A stretch of 64,000 nt of DNA from Phoronis australis (Eukaryota > Animalia > Phoronida): contig NMRA01000015.1 in assembly GCA_002633005.1 (NCBI GenBank), forward strand, positions 1,595,439 through 1,659,438, given 5' to 3'. Positions 25,291-37,667 of the stretch are shown here, one piece after another. Made by a program: the position numbers and the translations under genes. The number at the start of each line of letters is the position of its first letter. Position 1 is the first letter of the stretch. The notes beneath the pieces were generated by a model. It was not told the DNA's origin. It did not search any database and was given only the letters and a program-made list of their open reading frames with translations.

Positions 25291-28200
25291 CTGTTGTTAA
25301 TGGTATGTGGTTAGCAGTTAAATGGGTTCACAGTTAGGTGGCAGCACTTGGCATGTGGTACTATTGTATCATGGCAGCCTGTTCCTTGATGAGACTTTGG
25401 CTTTTGTCTAAAATGTAGTGGCTTTTTGGGTCTCATTTCTGTGTTTTGGGTGTTAAAGATGCATTTGCATGCTCCTAACTATGCTAATGTATAGCAGGAA
25501 CTAAATGACAATACGGTTTTAACATAATCCAATCTAAACTAAGTACAGTTGTATTCATTGATAGCTTGTAAATGTGAAAACAAAAATTCTGTTAATAGGT
25601 GATCTTTGTACCGATGACGTACCTTGGGGGCTCACGTACCTTGCGTAATGCAGTGTTATTCCCAAGCACCACGTCGCGATACTGGATGCTTTTCAGTGGT
25701 ATGTGGCAGATCATTTTCGTTAGTAAATTAATTTAACAAATTTCAACCTACTTATCGCTAGATGTTGTTTCTAACAAAGTAATTGTAGAGATGAGAAACT
25801 TGCCTGACTGTTACACTTAAATGAAAACTTGTCATGAAAGTGGTGACTTGGTTCTGAAAGATTCAACAGTTTTCTTTCATGAGATAGAGACTACGGGGTG
25901 GATGACATGTATGAGGTTTAGCAATGAAGGACTGTCGATTCTATCCAAAACTAGACCACTCTTCTTAGGTACGGTTGGGGACCATGTTCATGTCTCTTGA
26001 GCTCGTGCTCTACTAAACCTATTGTGACTTGAAGTGTGCCTTCCTATTTGTCTTCAGTATGGAGGATTAGACCTTTGGCACATTTTTTAACTATTACAAT
26101 AATGACAGGTGGTGTAAATCAATAGCGAGAATACTTTGAATAAGTGAATCTTGACAAAATGAAACCAATGGTGGTTAAAATGGACATCCATACATACAGG
26201 ATTCAGTTTGTTTTCGACCAATTTACAACCATAGTGTAATCTGGGAAGGCATTTCCAAAAGGTCGATATAAAGATACCCGGAAAATTGCTGTCGCAACCA
26301 CAAAAGTTGTTTCCTCACTTTAAAACAGTTTGGGTGTTCATAAAACTTTGTTCATGAAGTGCAAAACGGTGAGTCTATGCACAAGTTGGTTTGTCGGTGA
26401 TCTTGGGTTGGCTAGTCATGTTTTGCGAGTTTTACCGTGGCCACACGTGAACTGTGTTTTATTGAGTTCAGACAAGACTTCACAAGTTGTACTGAGTGAA
26501 TTCTGCCAATAGGCCATGTTCATGATTGAGGAAATGTTCATGCCATAGCCATGCCTGACATTGGATATTTTATGTGGTATAAAGTAGGTCACGTCAGAAT
26601 TTATTTATGTTGCAAGTGTCCAGTTACATATCAATTTAAGCATACATGCCAAATCAGCCATCTGTAAAATTCTAACAACTTCTAAATGTATGAAGACGGA
26701 GAAAACAAGTCTGGTAAATTAAAACATTATATTCAGAAGTGAGACACAACTCCACCATGGTAACACAAATCTTCTAATCAATCACTAGTAACGGGGGATA
26801 TAAACAAACATTTCATGGTCCTGAGTTCAAATGGCACTTATCAATAAAGTCACACACACAAATGGTACCACCAATTCTCATAAAATAGGAAAAAGTGAAG
26901 CAAGAATGCACCGGGGAGACCTTGGACGTTGAAGACATCCCAGGCTCTGAATCCAGTGAGTACACCTATGTGTATTGTGATAGCAGAACTTCAAGCCAAA
27001 CTGCTGCACTGCTGTACTTGTCAGCTCCATTGACTTGCCCGAGATAACCTTGACAGAGACACTATAGGCACATAAGATTGTTGGAAAATAATCAGCTAAC
27101 TGAGCATGCTGTCTACAGGATGTAGAAATGAATGAAGACATTTCAAAAGGTAGTCCACAGACTGATGATGACAACACAAGTTTAAGTGCATCGTATCTTT
27201 GTCAGCTGATAGGGTCTCTTATTGGAACAACCGATACATCTCCCACAAATCTGCACTCTGCAATGCGCACACATCAGTTTTCATTAACCATAAAAAAGTC
27301 AACATCACACATTTAAGAGACTGTGTTCCAAGTGTGGCACATTGACATGACGTGACCTAAGATCCTGTTTTAACAAGAGAACCAACAATGGCATCACAAA
27401 TTAACATAAAGCCAACAAACTTGAGACAAAAACCAAATAACCGGACCCTGGAATCCTTTCAAAAATACATGTCAATGCAAGATTTCAAATACGTTCACTT
27501 AATATGCTAATAAGCCTCTTCCAAGATGTACTTAGAGATAACTACATACAAAAATTTTGCGGTCGTCACTAAAGATTTACCATTCCAGTAATTTTCTCCA
27601 AGAAATAAAACTAGTTCTTTGATCACAAAGTTGTGCTGAGAAATCGCAGTCAATGACTCTTACCATGTACAAGGAATATGTCAGTATCAATTTTCACTGA
27701 GACCCAAAATTAAAAATTCAACTCCGCAGAAAATAAATAATACTCACAAAAGTGAGTAAGTAGTAAACTTATAGGAACAGACTTTGGACAAAAATGTCCA
27801 CCACCAGCATTATACATGAACTGCATTATATTACCGTGGTAACAAGTAAAACACTGAAAAAGCTCTGCTTTTCATAAAAAACATCCAATATGTATCATGT
27901 CTAAATCTACAAAACCATTGTAAAAAGAAAGTTGTCACAACTACAACAGGTATTATCAAAAGTCCCCGACAATCTTACGCACTAACAATGAATCATCCGC
28001 ACAAACCTCAGAACCATCTGAGCGAACCATTGAACCAAAAGTATCGTGCATACAAACGTGAACATATTTGAACACATAATATACACACAAGCATCAAATC
28101 ATCAACAAGAACCCTTTTTCATGGGTAAATTCTCAACGACTGTGTTTCATAAACATAATTCAATGGAAGATGAATCAGTGGTTCATGGGGATGATCAGGG

Positions 28201-28311
28201 GTTCATGGGGATGATCAGGGGTTCAAGGGGATGATTCAATGCTCATGCATGCATATGATTGTCAGGCACCTTTGAATATAAATCTACTATTAAATAAAAC
28301 ATCTATAAAAT

Positions 28312-31300
28312 TCATACATAGAACTTCTTAGGATCACATTTGTTTGTCTTGTGTTCATCCTTACGATGACACACAATGTGAACCAGCTTTAGGTTACCCT
28401 TGGTAAACAGCAAATTGTAGAAATATCTCCAATTCAGTGCTTTCCCCGCAGGAATATTTTTCGCAGCTTCAACAATGCATGGGAACACACTTCTTGACTT
28501 TTCAATCCTGTAATGAGTTGAGATGAAAACAATCAAAAAATCTGACATGTTTTTGGTACACACATTTTCAAATGGTTGCCTGTAGCCTATACAGTGTTAA
28601 AAGTGTATAAAATTACAAGCAGCTACTACTGAAAATTTAAGCAAAACACAGACAAAAACTTTGGTATGTGAAGTTTAAGACATAAATGCAACTGATAAAA
28701 CCCTCACCTAATTTGGACACTTAACGCTCACTCCCTAATATCTGAGTTTTTGTATTTCAAACCGAGGTCACAAGTTCTAATACAGCAAAACTGAAACTTA
28801 TTAGAGTACACTGGTTTAACTATAAGCCATCTTTATTTACAAACAATTAGCCAACTTACACATGGTCCAAGTTCCAGGTACTGAAGAGCACACGGTGACT
28901 CTTGGAACAGTATGGGTTAATAAGGTGAGAATGGTGGCACTTGGCCTCATCAAACTGACCCTCGCATGAGAACCAACCCTTGTCATCACAGTACCTCTCG
29001 CCTGTACCCTGTTTTCCCCGTACAAAATAACAGCCATAATATTCGTCAGTCTTCAACTGCTTTACAAACTGTTCTGTCAGTTCCGCTATAGCCTTTCTTG
29101 CACTCTTTGGAATGTCGCCATTGTCAGTGTGTTTTTTAAACTATAAGTTAAAACAAAAACGTACAAAAAGTTACTTAAACACAGTAAAACATAACATGAC
29201 ATCATTAAACACAAATGATACAAGCATACTTCCGATCTTTTCTCAATGTTTTCATGTCCACAAAAATTGAAACAGGATCAAATACCCATTCGATCCACTT
29301 GCATACAATAATGAGAGGTCTGATTGCATGCAAATAAGGGTCAAACGCTGAAATCAGTCTCAGGCAAAAGGTTAATAGGTCAATCCCAGAAAGTGCTTCA
29401 CAAACATAACAGACAAATGCATCATCCAGTACTAGTAATCATTAACAGAGACAAGAGGAGTAACAACCTCACATTTAGCGCAAAATAACTGCATAGAATA
29501 ATTCTTTGGGATACATGTCTAAGATTGATGTCACGATTCATAAGCCTGTTTGTAGAAGACATTGTTGATCTAAACTCAATTCCTTAGGTATACAAGTAAC
29601 TGATTCGAGCATTTAATATCAGGAGTGCATTTTTATATGTAGAAATGTGTTGCTTTTCAATGGCAATGACATACAATCTAGGTTGTTTGGAGTCAAAAGT
29701 TTCATGGCTATGGTCAAACACGTCCACTTACGTCACTGAGGTAGCCCCGTATTCGCTGCTGTGCTCTGTTCCTCATAGCAGCAGACTTAGTCTTGGCTCT
29801 GCTTTCAACTCCTGTAAACACAAGCGCACAAATCATGAGAAATGCACCTGATCAAACCTCGCAATAACCAGCGTTAGAGCAGGTGCTTGAAAAAACGTGT
29901 CAGCTTCACGTACCTGTTCATTCCATGTAGAAGCATAATTACTTGATTGATTGAGTTTCAACCCAGACTCAACATTCCACGCACATGCTTAATGTACAAG
30001 AACCAAAATTTGAATGGCCGCTACAAAAGAGCAGTCAAGCCAAATCTGGTCAAAACAATACTGTTATTGGCTAGACTGCAGTAGCAAGATATACCAGTGA
30101 AGCCAACACACAACTACTTACAAGCAGGAACCAGTCAGTATGATGATGCCAGCAAGACATACCAGTGAAGCCAACACACAACTACTTACAAGCAGGAACC
30201 AGTCAGTATGATGATGCCATCAGGAAAATGTTTTATGAAGACAATTACGCAAAACAACATTAGTTTACACAATAACAGATACTACGGTACATGACAACAG
30301 TATTCAAATAAAATACCATTATCCCATCATGACAACCTCAAAAATTATTAGGATGGCAAAATTCTAATTAAAGAATGGCAGTCATGAGGGAATACAGTTC
30401 TGACGATAATTTGGCTTCTGCTCAGCCATCGTGACAGGGAATTACAGGTCAGTTTGTCTGAATACTTTTAGTGTGTACTGTATAAACAAATAATCTCGCA
30501 CTACCATCCAGCTCACAGAAGAATAGTACCAGAGACATCCAATTTCTCGAAGTGGTTTTATAGCTAAAAAGCACCCTATGACCTCTACAATCCGCTCAAG
30601 ATAAGTAAGTCTGACAACAAAGTCTTGACAAGTGGCCACCTTGAAATGTTTGATTAGTCTTTTAAGGACACAAATTAATAAATAGACAATGTCTTGTCCG
30701 CATTCTCTACTTGTGCCATGTGTCATGCTAAATGATTCCAAGAAGGGTCCCCACTGGGTTTTCTTCAAACCTTGTTTCTGAAATAGCCCCAATGGTGAAT
30801 CTTTGTTCGCAGGGCTCGACGTTAACTTTTATTTTAACTTGTCCAGTCGGACAAGTAGAAATGAAATTTACTTGCCCTCACCTATAAGACACTTGTCCAA
30901 AGGTAATTAAACTCAAATTACACTTTTCAAACATATATGAATGTCGCATATTATACCTGTTAGTACAAGCTCAATAAACATGTGTAAGAGCATATATTAC
31001 ATGACTAAAATTTTGCACAAGTTTATTAAAGTGGGTATTTGTATTTGGATTTCACTAGTGAACACGCTTCAGCTTTACTCTGGCTTTTCAATTCAGTTAT
31101 ACGTTTTTTATAAGCTGCTGAGTGAGCTGTCGACTGTTTGTGACTTTTCAAAGATTCGATCCTGAACACATCTGATCCAGACGCAAGAGATAAACTGTTT
31201 GCGCCGGCGTATTTTTCACACGGGACACAACAGATTTTATTTCTGGTCGCTACCATACCGTAACCAGTCAAAATCTTCCTTCTACTTCGGAAGGAATTGC

Positions 31301-34300
31301 GGTTTTCGTTCATTGGTTTCATACTATTGCTTGGTGGTTTCACGCCCTTTGGTTTCGTTACCAGTTGCAAGATTAGGGCTCCTTGACTTGAAACCATACG
31401 CAAACTAAGTATCTATTTTAACATTGCAACTGCAGACACCAGCACAGTTGACAGTTTCCACACATGCCATAAGACAGTTGAATGTCGTAAAGTTTTATCA
31501 AATAATACGTGCTTGCGAATTATCGCTACTACACGTGAGTCTTAATACGTGAATTATAAATTGTAATGATCAAGTGTCAAAATGTGTTGACGAGCAAATG
31601 ATTGAAATTTGATTTACCGTACTAGTCCGCGTTACTGCCCAGGGTGCTTAAATTGGGAATCTTAAAAAACAGGGAGTGGGCGGTAAGCCGAGCATGGGTG
31701 GTTAAAATTGAAATTTTTGTAAAGTTGGGAGTTGTTGCTTACTGCATGGAGGACCGATTTTACTCTGACGGAGCTACACTGACGTTGGACTTCAAGCATA
31801 TCAGTTAAAATATAGGTCGAGGTATTGAAGTAACGGACTTCAACGGCCTGCGCACACCGGAGATACAGTGGCGTCGTGATCCTGAGCGTGATTGTTTTTT
31901 TTACGTACCTCGGTTGATGCTGATCATCTCTTAGAACTAAGGTATTCCTACAGGTGGGCGTGCGTTTAGTAGGGCAAGTTTCTTGAGAGAAAAGACAGAT
32001 TAAACAAGACTCCGCTAGTTCGGAGTGTATTTTTAAGGGAACCACTTGATTGTGTAAAGATTTGCTTCCCGCTGGACACAACCAGGTGCTGATGAATACT
32101 GAATACTTTGAACTTAGGCAACCAAACACATGCCAGGTCTTCTTATTGAATACTTTAAACAGTGTAACATTTTACATTGTATATTTCTTTTTGAGTTCAA
32201 AGCCAACACCGCTGTTGTTCAAAGCAAATGCTCAACAATAGGACGATACTACTTTTAGCAGTAGGGGTACTCGGTCAGCTGTCAAAATAATGAAGCAAAA
32301 ACACGTCTTGTAAAAGGTCATCAAGCACATCAAAAGTTCAAAAAACATAAGAATGTTCGACTTGCGCTAATGACAAATTGAATTTTTGCGCTCTTGCCTT
32401 TGGTTGGGCGCTTCCATTTTGGTGTCAGAAGTGAAAGTCATTAAAAACATGCGTTTAACCAAGACGGGAACAGCGACACAAGTTGGCTTGTCACAATGAA
32501 CCATGTCTTTTATTTCAATGCTCAGGGTGGTTATGTTTCGTGTACTGTCACGGGATCTCACTCGACCAAAAGGTTGGCCATGGACATGATATCCCTGTCA
32601 AGTACTGCTTTGTTGGTTCTTCTACAGCAAATGAAATACATTCGACAAGCGCTGTACATTGTTTCCTTCAGTGGCATGAGAATACGGGTATTTTATCGCC
32701 ATAGTAAGGCAAGGTCCCGGTTCCGCTAAAACTGATTGATTATCGCAGAAAGGTAAGCGAGTTGCGCACATTTTGGAATATTAATTTTGTGCGACGAACG
32801 TTCTCAGAAGCACATGTACTTTTACGGAAGTCTCGATCGTGAAAAATTGGGGGTGGGCAGTAAGCCAAGCATGGCCCGTAACCCGGACGAGTACGGTAAT
32901 GCATTGAGGGAACTGGTTTGAGGGGCCCTCTGAATGAGACGAATCATCGGGAACCTGGCGTGCGTTCAAAGCGCTCGAAACTACACTAGGACCTAGCTAA
33001 AATCAAAACCTTGCCACATTACGAGGGATACTGCCATGTATTTAAATGAGAACACGTCACTTTGGCTAGAACTATTCGAATGCAAGTGCCTGGGATCGCA
33101 TCCAGTCATGAGCCCTGCATAATCTAAACAACACCTTGCCGATTTGCGCCGCATATTACCGACACTGATCGCTAAACAAGTGAGTTATCACTGCTACAAA
33201 GAACTTCTGATCGTTCAGATTTATTATAGTTTCCAAAAATTCATTAAATTGTCCTGTCGGATAAGCTACTCGGCCGTGAGTTTGTCCGGACCAACAAATT
33301 GGTTGTTCCGGGCAGTCAGACTACCGTTAATGTCGAGCCCTGGTTCGTAGGGACTGTTTTGGAAATTGCTAGTGCAAATATCTTTAACTTAACACCACGT
33401 GTGCCATAGTTCATACCAAGTAAGCTTTTATTTGAAATTGCCTATAAAAAGAATCATTCAAATTGTAAGTGCATAGACTGAATTAAAATGAGTTGCAGAA
33501 GGCACTCTATATGAATATTAAGGTCATGCAAAATTGGCTTAATTGACGTGTATTCTCAAACGGAATGCTGAAATGAAGATTTAGAAATCTTCCATCCCAT
33601 ACTTCCTAACACTGTTGGTTTTTCAACAATGTCTATTACGGGAGATGCATTTTACAAAGCATAGATCTTAACATTATGATTCAATTTCCTTTTAGATGTC
33701 TTGTCATATTTGTGTTGAATTAAGCTCTAAATCCTTGATAACCCACAAGTGCCTACCTTCAAACCACTCGGGGTCTTCCTCTCTATTTTCACCATCTATA
33801 TTTCCCTTAATACCATTCAGCACTGTACTGATCAGGTGAGCTTTGTCAGATTGTGAGTTGCTAATCATTGCTAACAGTGTAGCATGCAGTTTGACATCAT
33901 CACCGCTAGCCAACAGCTTGTCAAAGAAATTCTGCAGTTGTATAAGTTCAAAACCTGGAATACATGTGTATAAAGAAACCATGGTTATCGTACTGCATAT
34001 TTCTGAAAGAAAAAACACGCAATTCATAATAAATTAAAATTAAAATTACGACATCTACTACTGAAATACGGGAATTATGCTCAAAACTTCATATTCCATG
34101 AAAGAAAACAAGATTCCTCGAATTCTGTCCTTTTTGTGTTATCGCAAATGATCACTGTCTCTATAGCCACACAACACTCTGAAAGGTTTTTACAAGAACA
34201 AAGAAATTTCACCATTACAATTCTTCATGAAAAAAGTAAAAATTATCATTGATTGGTAAGCTGCACCACCTGATTGTCTCTCTCCAGGTAACATGAAGAT

Positions 34301-34612
34301 TAAAAGAGTCTGCTGCGGAACTGTTGGGAAGTAATCTTCATCAATCTCTGTACCGTCTTCAAGGAGAACTCTAACCTTAGACCGCAACTTGGAACTTATC
34401 TGAAATAAAAGGAGAATTAATACAATATTACACATATGTTAAGGACTACTTCTGTAAATCAGGGACCGTTTTATCCAACCGGTGGCGGTGCCGTGGAAAG
34501 TTGTGCATACCTTTAATTTTGTACAGCCCTTTTCCAACAACTCCTTGAAATTGTTGCAGTAGACTCCAAACTTTTTTTCGCCACTTGCATTGGCTATTTT
34601 GTAGGCACCCAT
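28312..34612 (-). CDS. DFFB: DNA fragmentation factor subunit beta / caspase-activated DNase (CAD), ~328-329 aa
   Basis: Exons (minus): 34612-34511 (MGAYKIANASGEKKFGVYCNNFKELLEKGCTKLK), 34399-34270 or 34267 (CIDE-N: LLEDGTEIDEDYFPTVP), 33954-33757 (..NREEDPEWFEG), 29811-29732 (GVESRAKTK..RIRGYL), 29140-28860 (..GWFSCEGQFD..HLINPY..LFSTWNLDH), 28507-28312 (IEKSRSVFP..YFYNLLFTKGNLKLVHIVCH). CAD nuclease His/Asp motifs are intact and phases are consistent. Confidence 0.95.
30083..30219. repeat. 68-bp direct tandem duplication
   Basis: agcaaga.ataccagtgaagccaacacacaactacttacaagcaggaaccagtcagtatgatgatgcc x2. Confidence 0.9.
30810..33342 (-). mobile_element. ~2.5-kb non-autonomous hAT-like transposon with 5-bp TSD and a transposase zinc-finger remnant, in DFFB intron 3
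   Basis: TIRs CAGGGCTCGACGTTAAC / GTTAATGTCGAGCCCTG; GTTCG duplicated on both flanks. Minus ORF 31026-31403 contains CCVPCEKY...SGSDVFRIESLKSHKQSTAH, resembling the TTF-type Zn finger of ZNF862-like hAT transposases. Confidence 0.75.
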
Positions 34613-35070
34613 AATTGGTGTCGTCAGGAGATGTTGTGCTTACATAACAAATCCCATAACAACAAAGGGCGCGTCAAAACTAACTGCAACTCGACATTTT
34701 CGCTTCAAATTTACCCTCTCCCCAACATCACTTCCTGATTTCGAAAGTCACATCCTTTCACGTTTGTAGCGAGATCTGTGAAACAGAAATAATTGTTGTT
34801 TTGGCATATTTGGCCTTGAATTGTGTACTTTTGTAGTACAGTTATAACCAAAAAGTCAAATCTAGGCTGTAAAGCCTCCTTTTAATTGTGAAAAAGGAAA
34901 AAATAAAGACATAAACAAAATTACAAAAATCTGAGTCACGTGATCAACAAACGAGACGTGCAAGAGCGCAAGAACCAAATAGTTACAAACATAAACTGCA
35001 GTGGTCGCTGTCCCAACCATGATTACGCCGTCCGAATTACAAGTGGTGCCTTTTCATTTATTCTGAAGGC
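34613..35070. promoter_or_regulatory. Putative bidirectional promoter of DFFB / CEP104
   Basis: Directly upstream of the DFFB ATG and CpG-richer than flanks; ETS-like ACTTCCTG (~34730) and E-box GTCACGTGAT (34935-34944). Confidence 0.45.
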
Positions 35071-35698
35071 AAGTAATTGATACATATTCAAACCTTGTTT
35101 CCGATCTAACTAGAGTTTTAGGTCTGCGAGTACCTGACAACCAATACCACTCACAGTAAATTTCAAGCACTTAGAGTTCGAGCCTGATTCGGCTGACACC
35201 GAATGGTCGAAGTGAGGAGCAGATTGACAGTAGAGGCTGGAGGGGATGACTCAGCTGTCGAGTGCGACTGCGACTCAATTGATAGTTGGTCTTGTGGCTG
35301 GTCCAGCCTGGTAAATATTTATGGGCTTGGCTTTGTCTTGTGTGGTGAACCTGCGATGGGTAAAAGTCAGATACATGGTCATGGGTCCCTGATTTGAGAA
35401 CCAGTTGCTCCCGCTGAATAACTCCCATTTTCAGTGGTAATAACTGGTTCTCAAGTCAATTTTAAACCAGGGATCCTCCTATCCGACTATTACACTGCAA
35501 TGAGTGTAGTCTTATTAGAGGCATCTCTTAATCACTATATTGCTCAGTTGTGTGGTCTCTGGGATTGAACCTTGGAACAAGGTAATTTTTCACTACAGTG
35601 GTACCCAACAATGGTCCGTCACAATGACGGAAGGATCATACGGCTCCTGTGTTGGAAGAGGAAGCAGTGCCAACCTGATTGAAGAGTGACACTGATTT

Positions 35699-35808
35699 GT
35701 CGGATATAGCAGTCCCTGATTTATGGAGCCATGTTTCGTCCACTGAATATATGGGCCCTTTATTCAGTGTTTGCATGATTATATAACTCAGAGACTGCTA
35801 TATCCGAC
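35699..35808. repeat. 110-bp palindromic (fold-back) element
   Basis: GTCGGATATAGCAGTC ... GACTGCTATATCCGAC perfect 16-bp arms plus inner CACTGAATA/TATTCAGTG. Confidence 0.8.
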
Positions 35809-37525
35809 CACTGCCTTGAAGAATTCCGTGGGTCGCGGCATGACCCCCTACTCTAATCACAGTGTGGTTAATCTGTAGTGGAGTGTTCTAGTAGTATAAG
35901 GCCTTTCAATCACTCTCCTATGAGTAATCACTCTTTGGTCAACTGTTTGAGAACCCTGCAGTGTTAAATTTAGTAAGTCAAACTTTTATTTCGAGGGTTA
36001 CTGTTGAAAAGAATAGTAAAACATATCAACAGATGGAACAGAACATAATTAATTATATGCTCAACATACTTAAATGAGCTACAGTACATTTTATATGGTC
36101 AGCGTTGCACACTCAATGCATAGACATAGTTAACAATCAAATTCAAGAAGAGGCTACAGTAAATGCTTTGAAGCGAGAAGTACCAGATTCAAATCTTGGA
36201 CTGGATATTTTTCACTGTACTTTTGTCTTACATTAGATCACCGTGATTACACAGCAATGTCTGAGATGCAATCAAGCTTTAGTTGTGCTGTGGACTGAGG
36301 GAATTCCATTCAGTTGATCACGCACTCACTGGGGCAAGGACGTTACTACAGCAAAAAGCAATGTTAGGGTAACATTTGATTGAAAATCTTATGTATGTGT
36401 TCAGTTGTTACAGAAGTGCTCTAGTATGTTCTAAAAAGTTAACTTGTTATGAAAGTACAGCCAGTGAATGTCGGCGGCGTCATTTATAACGTTCAATCCG
36501 CGTGAGAGACTGTCTGGAGTTGTCAATTGGGCAACTCCGGACGGTCTGGGATCACAGATTTTTTTCGGCTGATAACATTTTATTGCCTGTGAAGCCGATG
36601 GTTTGGTGACAAGAGCTGCCTGAACAAACATGGCTTGCATTATGTCGATTTATGACCCAGTTTGCGTGACTGGGCAAAGCCTTTTCAAAATATTGTAGAT
36701 TAGCCAGTGGAGCGTGGGACCCCTGAGGTCCCAGTCAAGTCCTCATGACAATTCCACATTATGCACAGGTGTAGTGACAATCAGGAAAAATTCAACATAC
36801 AAGTCTTTAAGGTTGTGAGAGCTCAAAAGCAACTTATGTAGTTTGACCTAATTTCAAATTTTGGTGGTCAAGACAGGCATGGACTTGACGAAATGGATTC
36901 TTTCATTCAGGGACATTACCAGTTGACTGTAGATGCTAGACAGCCATTGCTTCGTTCACATTCTACGTTCTCATCCCATATATAAAACAGATCTTTACTA
37001 GTTATGCAAAAAAATTCCTGCACGGAAAAAAATTCTATTCAAAAGTCAGAGTGGTCTGAAGGCAGAACAAAACTACTTTTGGTCTCAAGTTTGTTTTCAA
37101 TTTCAGTGTTTTCTTTCGTGTAATGTGAACTACTGTATTCTGTGTATTCTTGTGTAGAAGCTGCTTGGACGTAGAGATCATGAAATTATCGGTTATTTCA
37201 ATTCAACTTTTTTGTCCTGAGAGAATTCTTGTTGGTAGTGATCAGTGATATGGGTTTGCACATACAGAAGTTCATTAAAGTACTAAATTATAAAGTTTTT
37301 AATTCTTACTCATTACCTTCAGGCAAGGCAGGAAAAATAAAAATTCTTACTGCTATTTGTTAAAGTTTAAGCAGCCATGTTATGTGCGCCCTCTTTTCGT
37401 TAGATGGTCTAAATAGCCTTGGATTATGTAGTTTATTTTTGAATAATTGAATTTGTGATTTACTCAAGAATTTGTTTTGACGACATTGATAAGATTATAT
37501 AGTTGAGTTTGTACACTGGATGGGT

Positions 37526-37539
37526 GTTGTTATAGCAAC
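37526..37539. promoter_or_regulatory. Candidate RFX X-box upstream of the CEP104 start codon
   Basis: GTTGTTATAGCAAC fits the palindromic X-box consensus and lies ~130 bp upstream of the ATG of a ciliary gene. Confidence 0.5.
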
Positions 37540-37667
37540 GCCATCTACAGTCTTATCACTGTCTACACAAAAATTTGAATACAGTGTGCATACTAGTGTT
37601 GTTACAGGCAGGTTCTAGTCAATTCCGATTAGATAATAGGTCTTGTTTCTGTTACAGAAGTGTTGAA

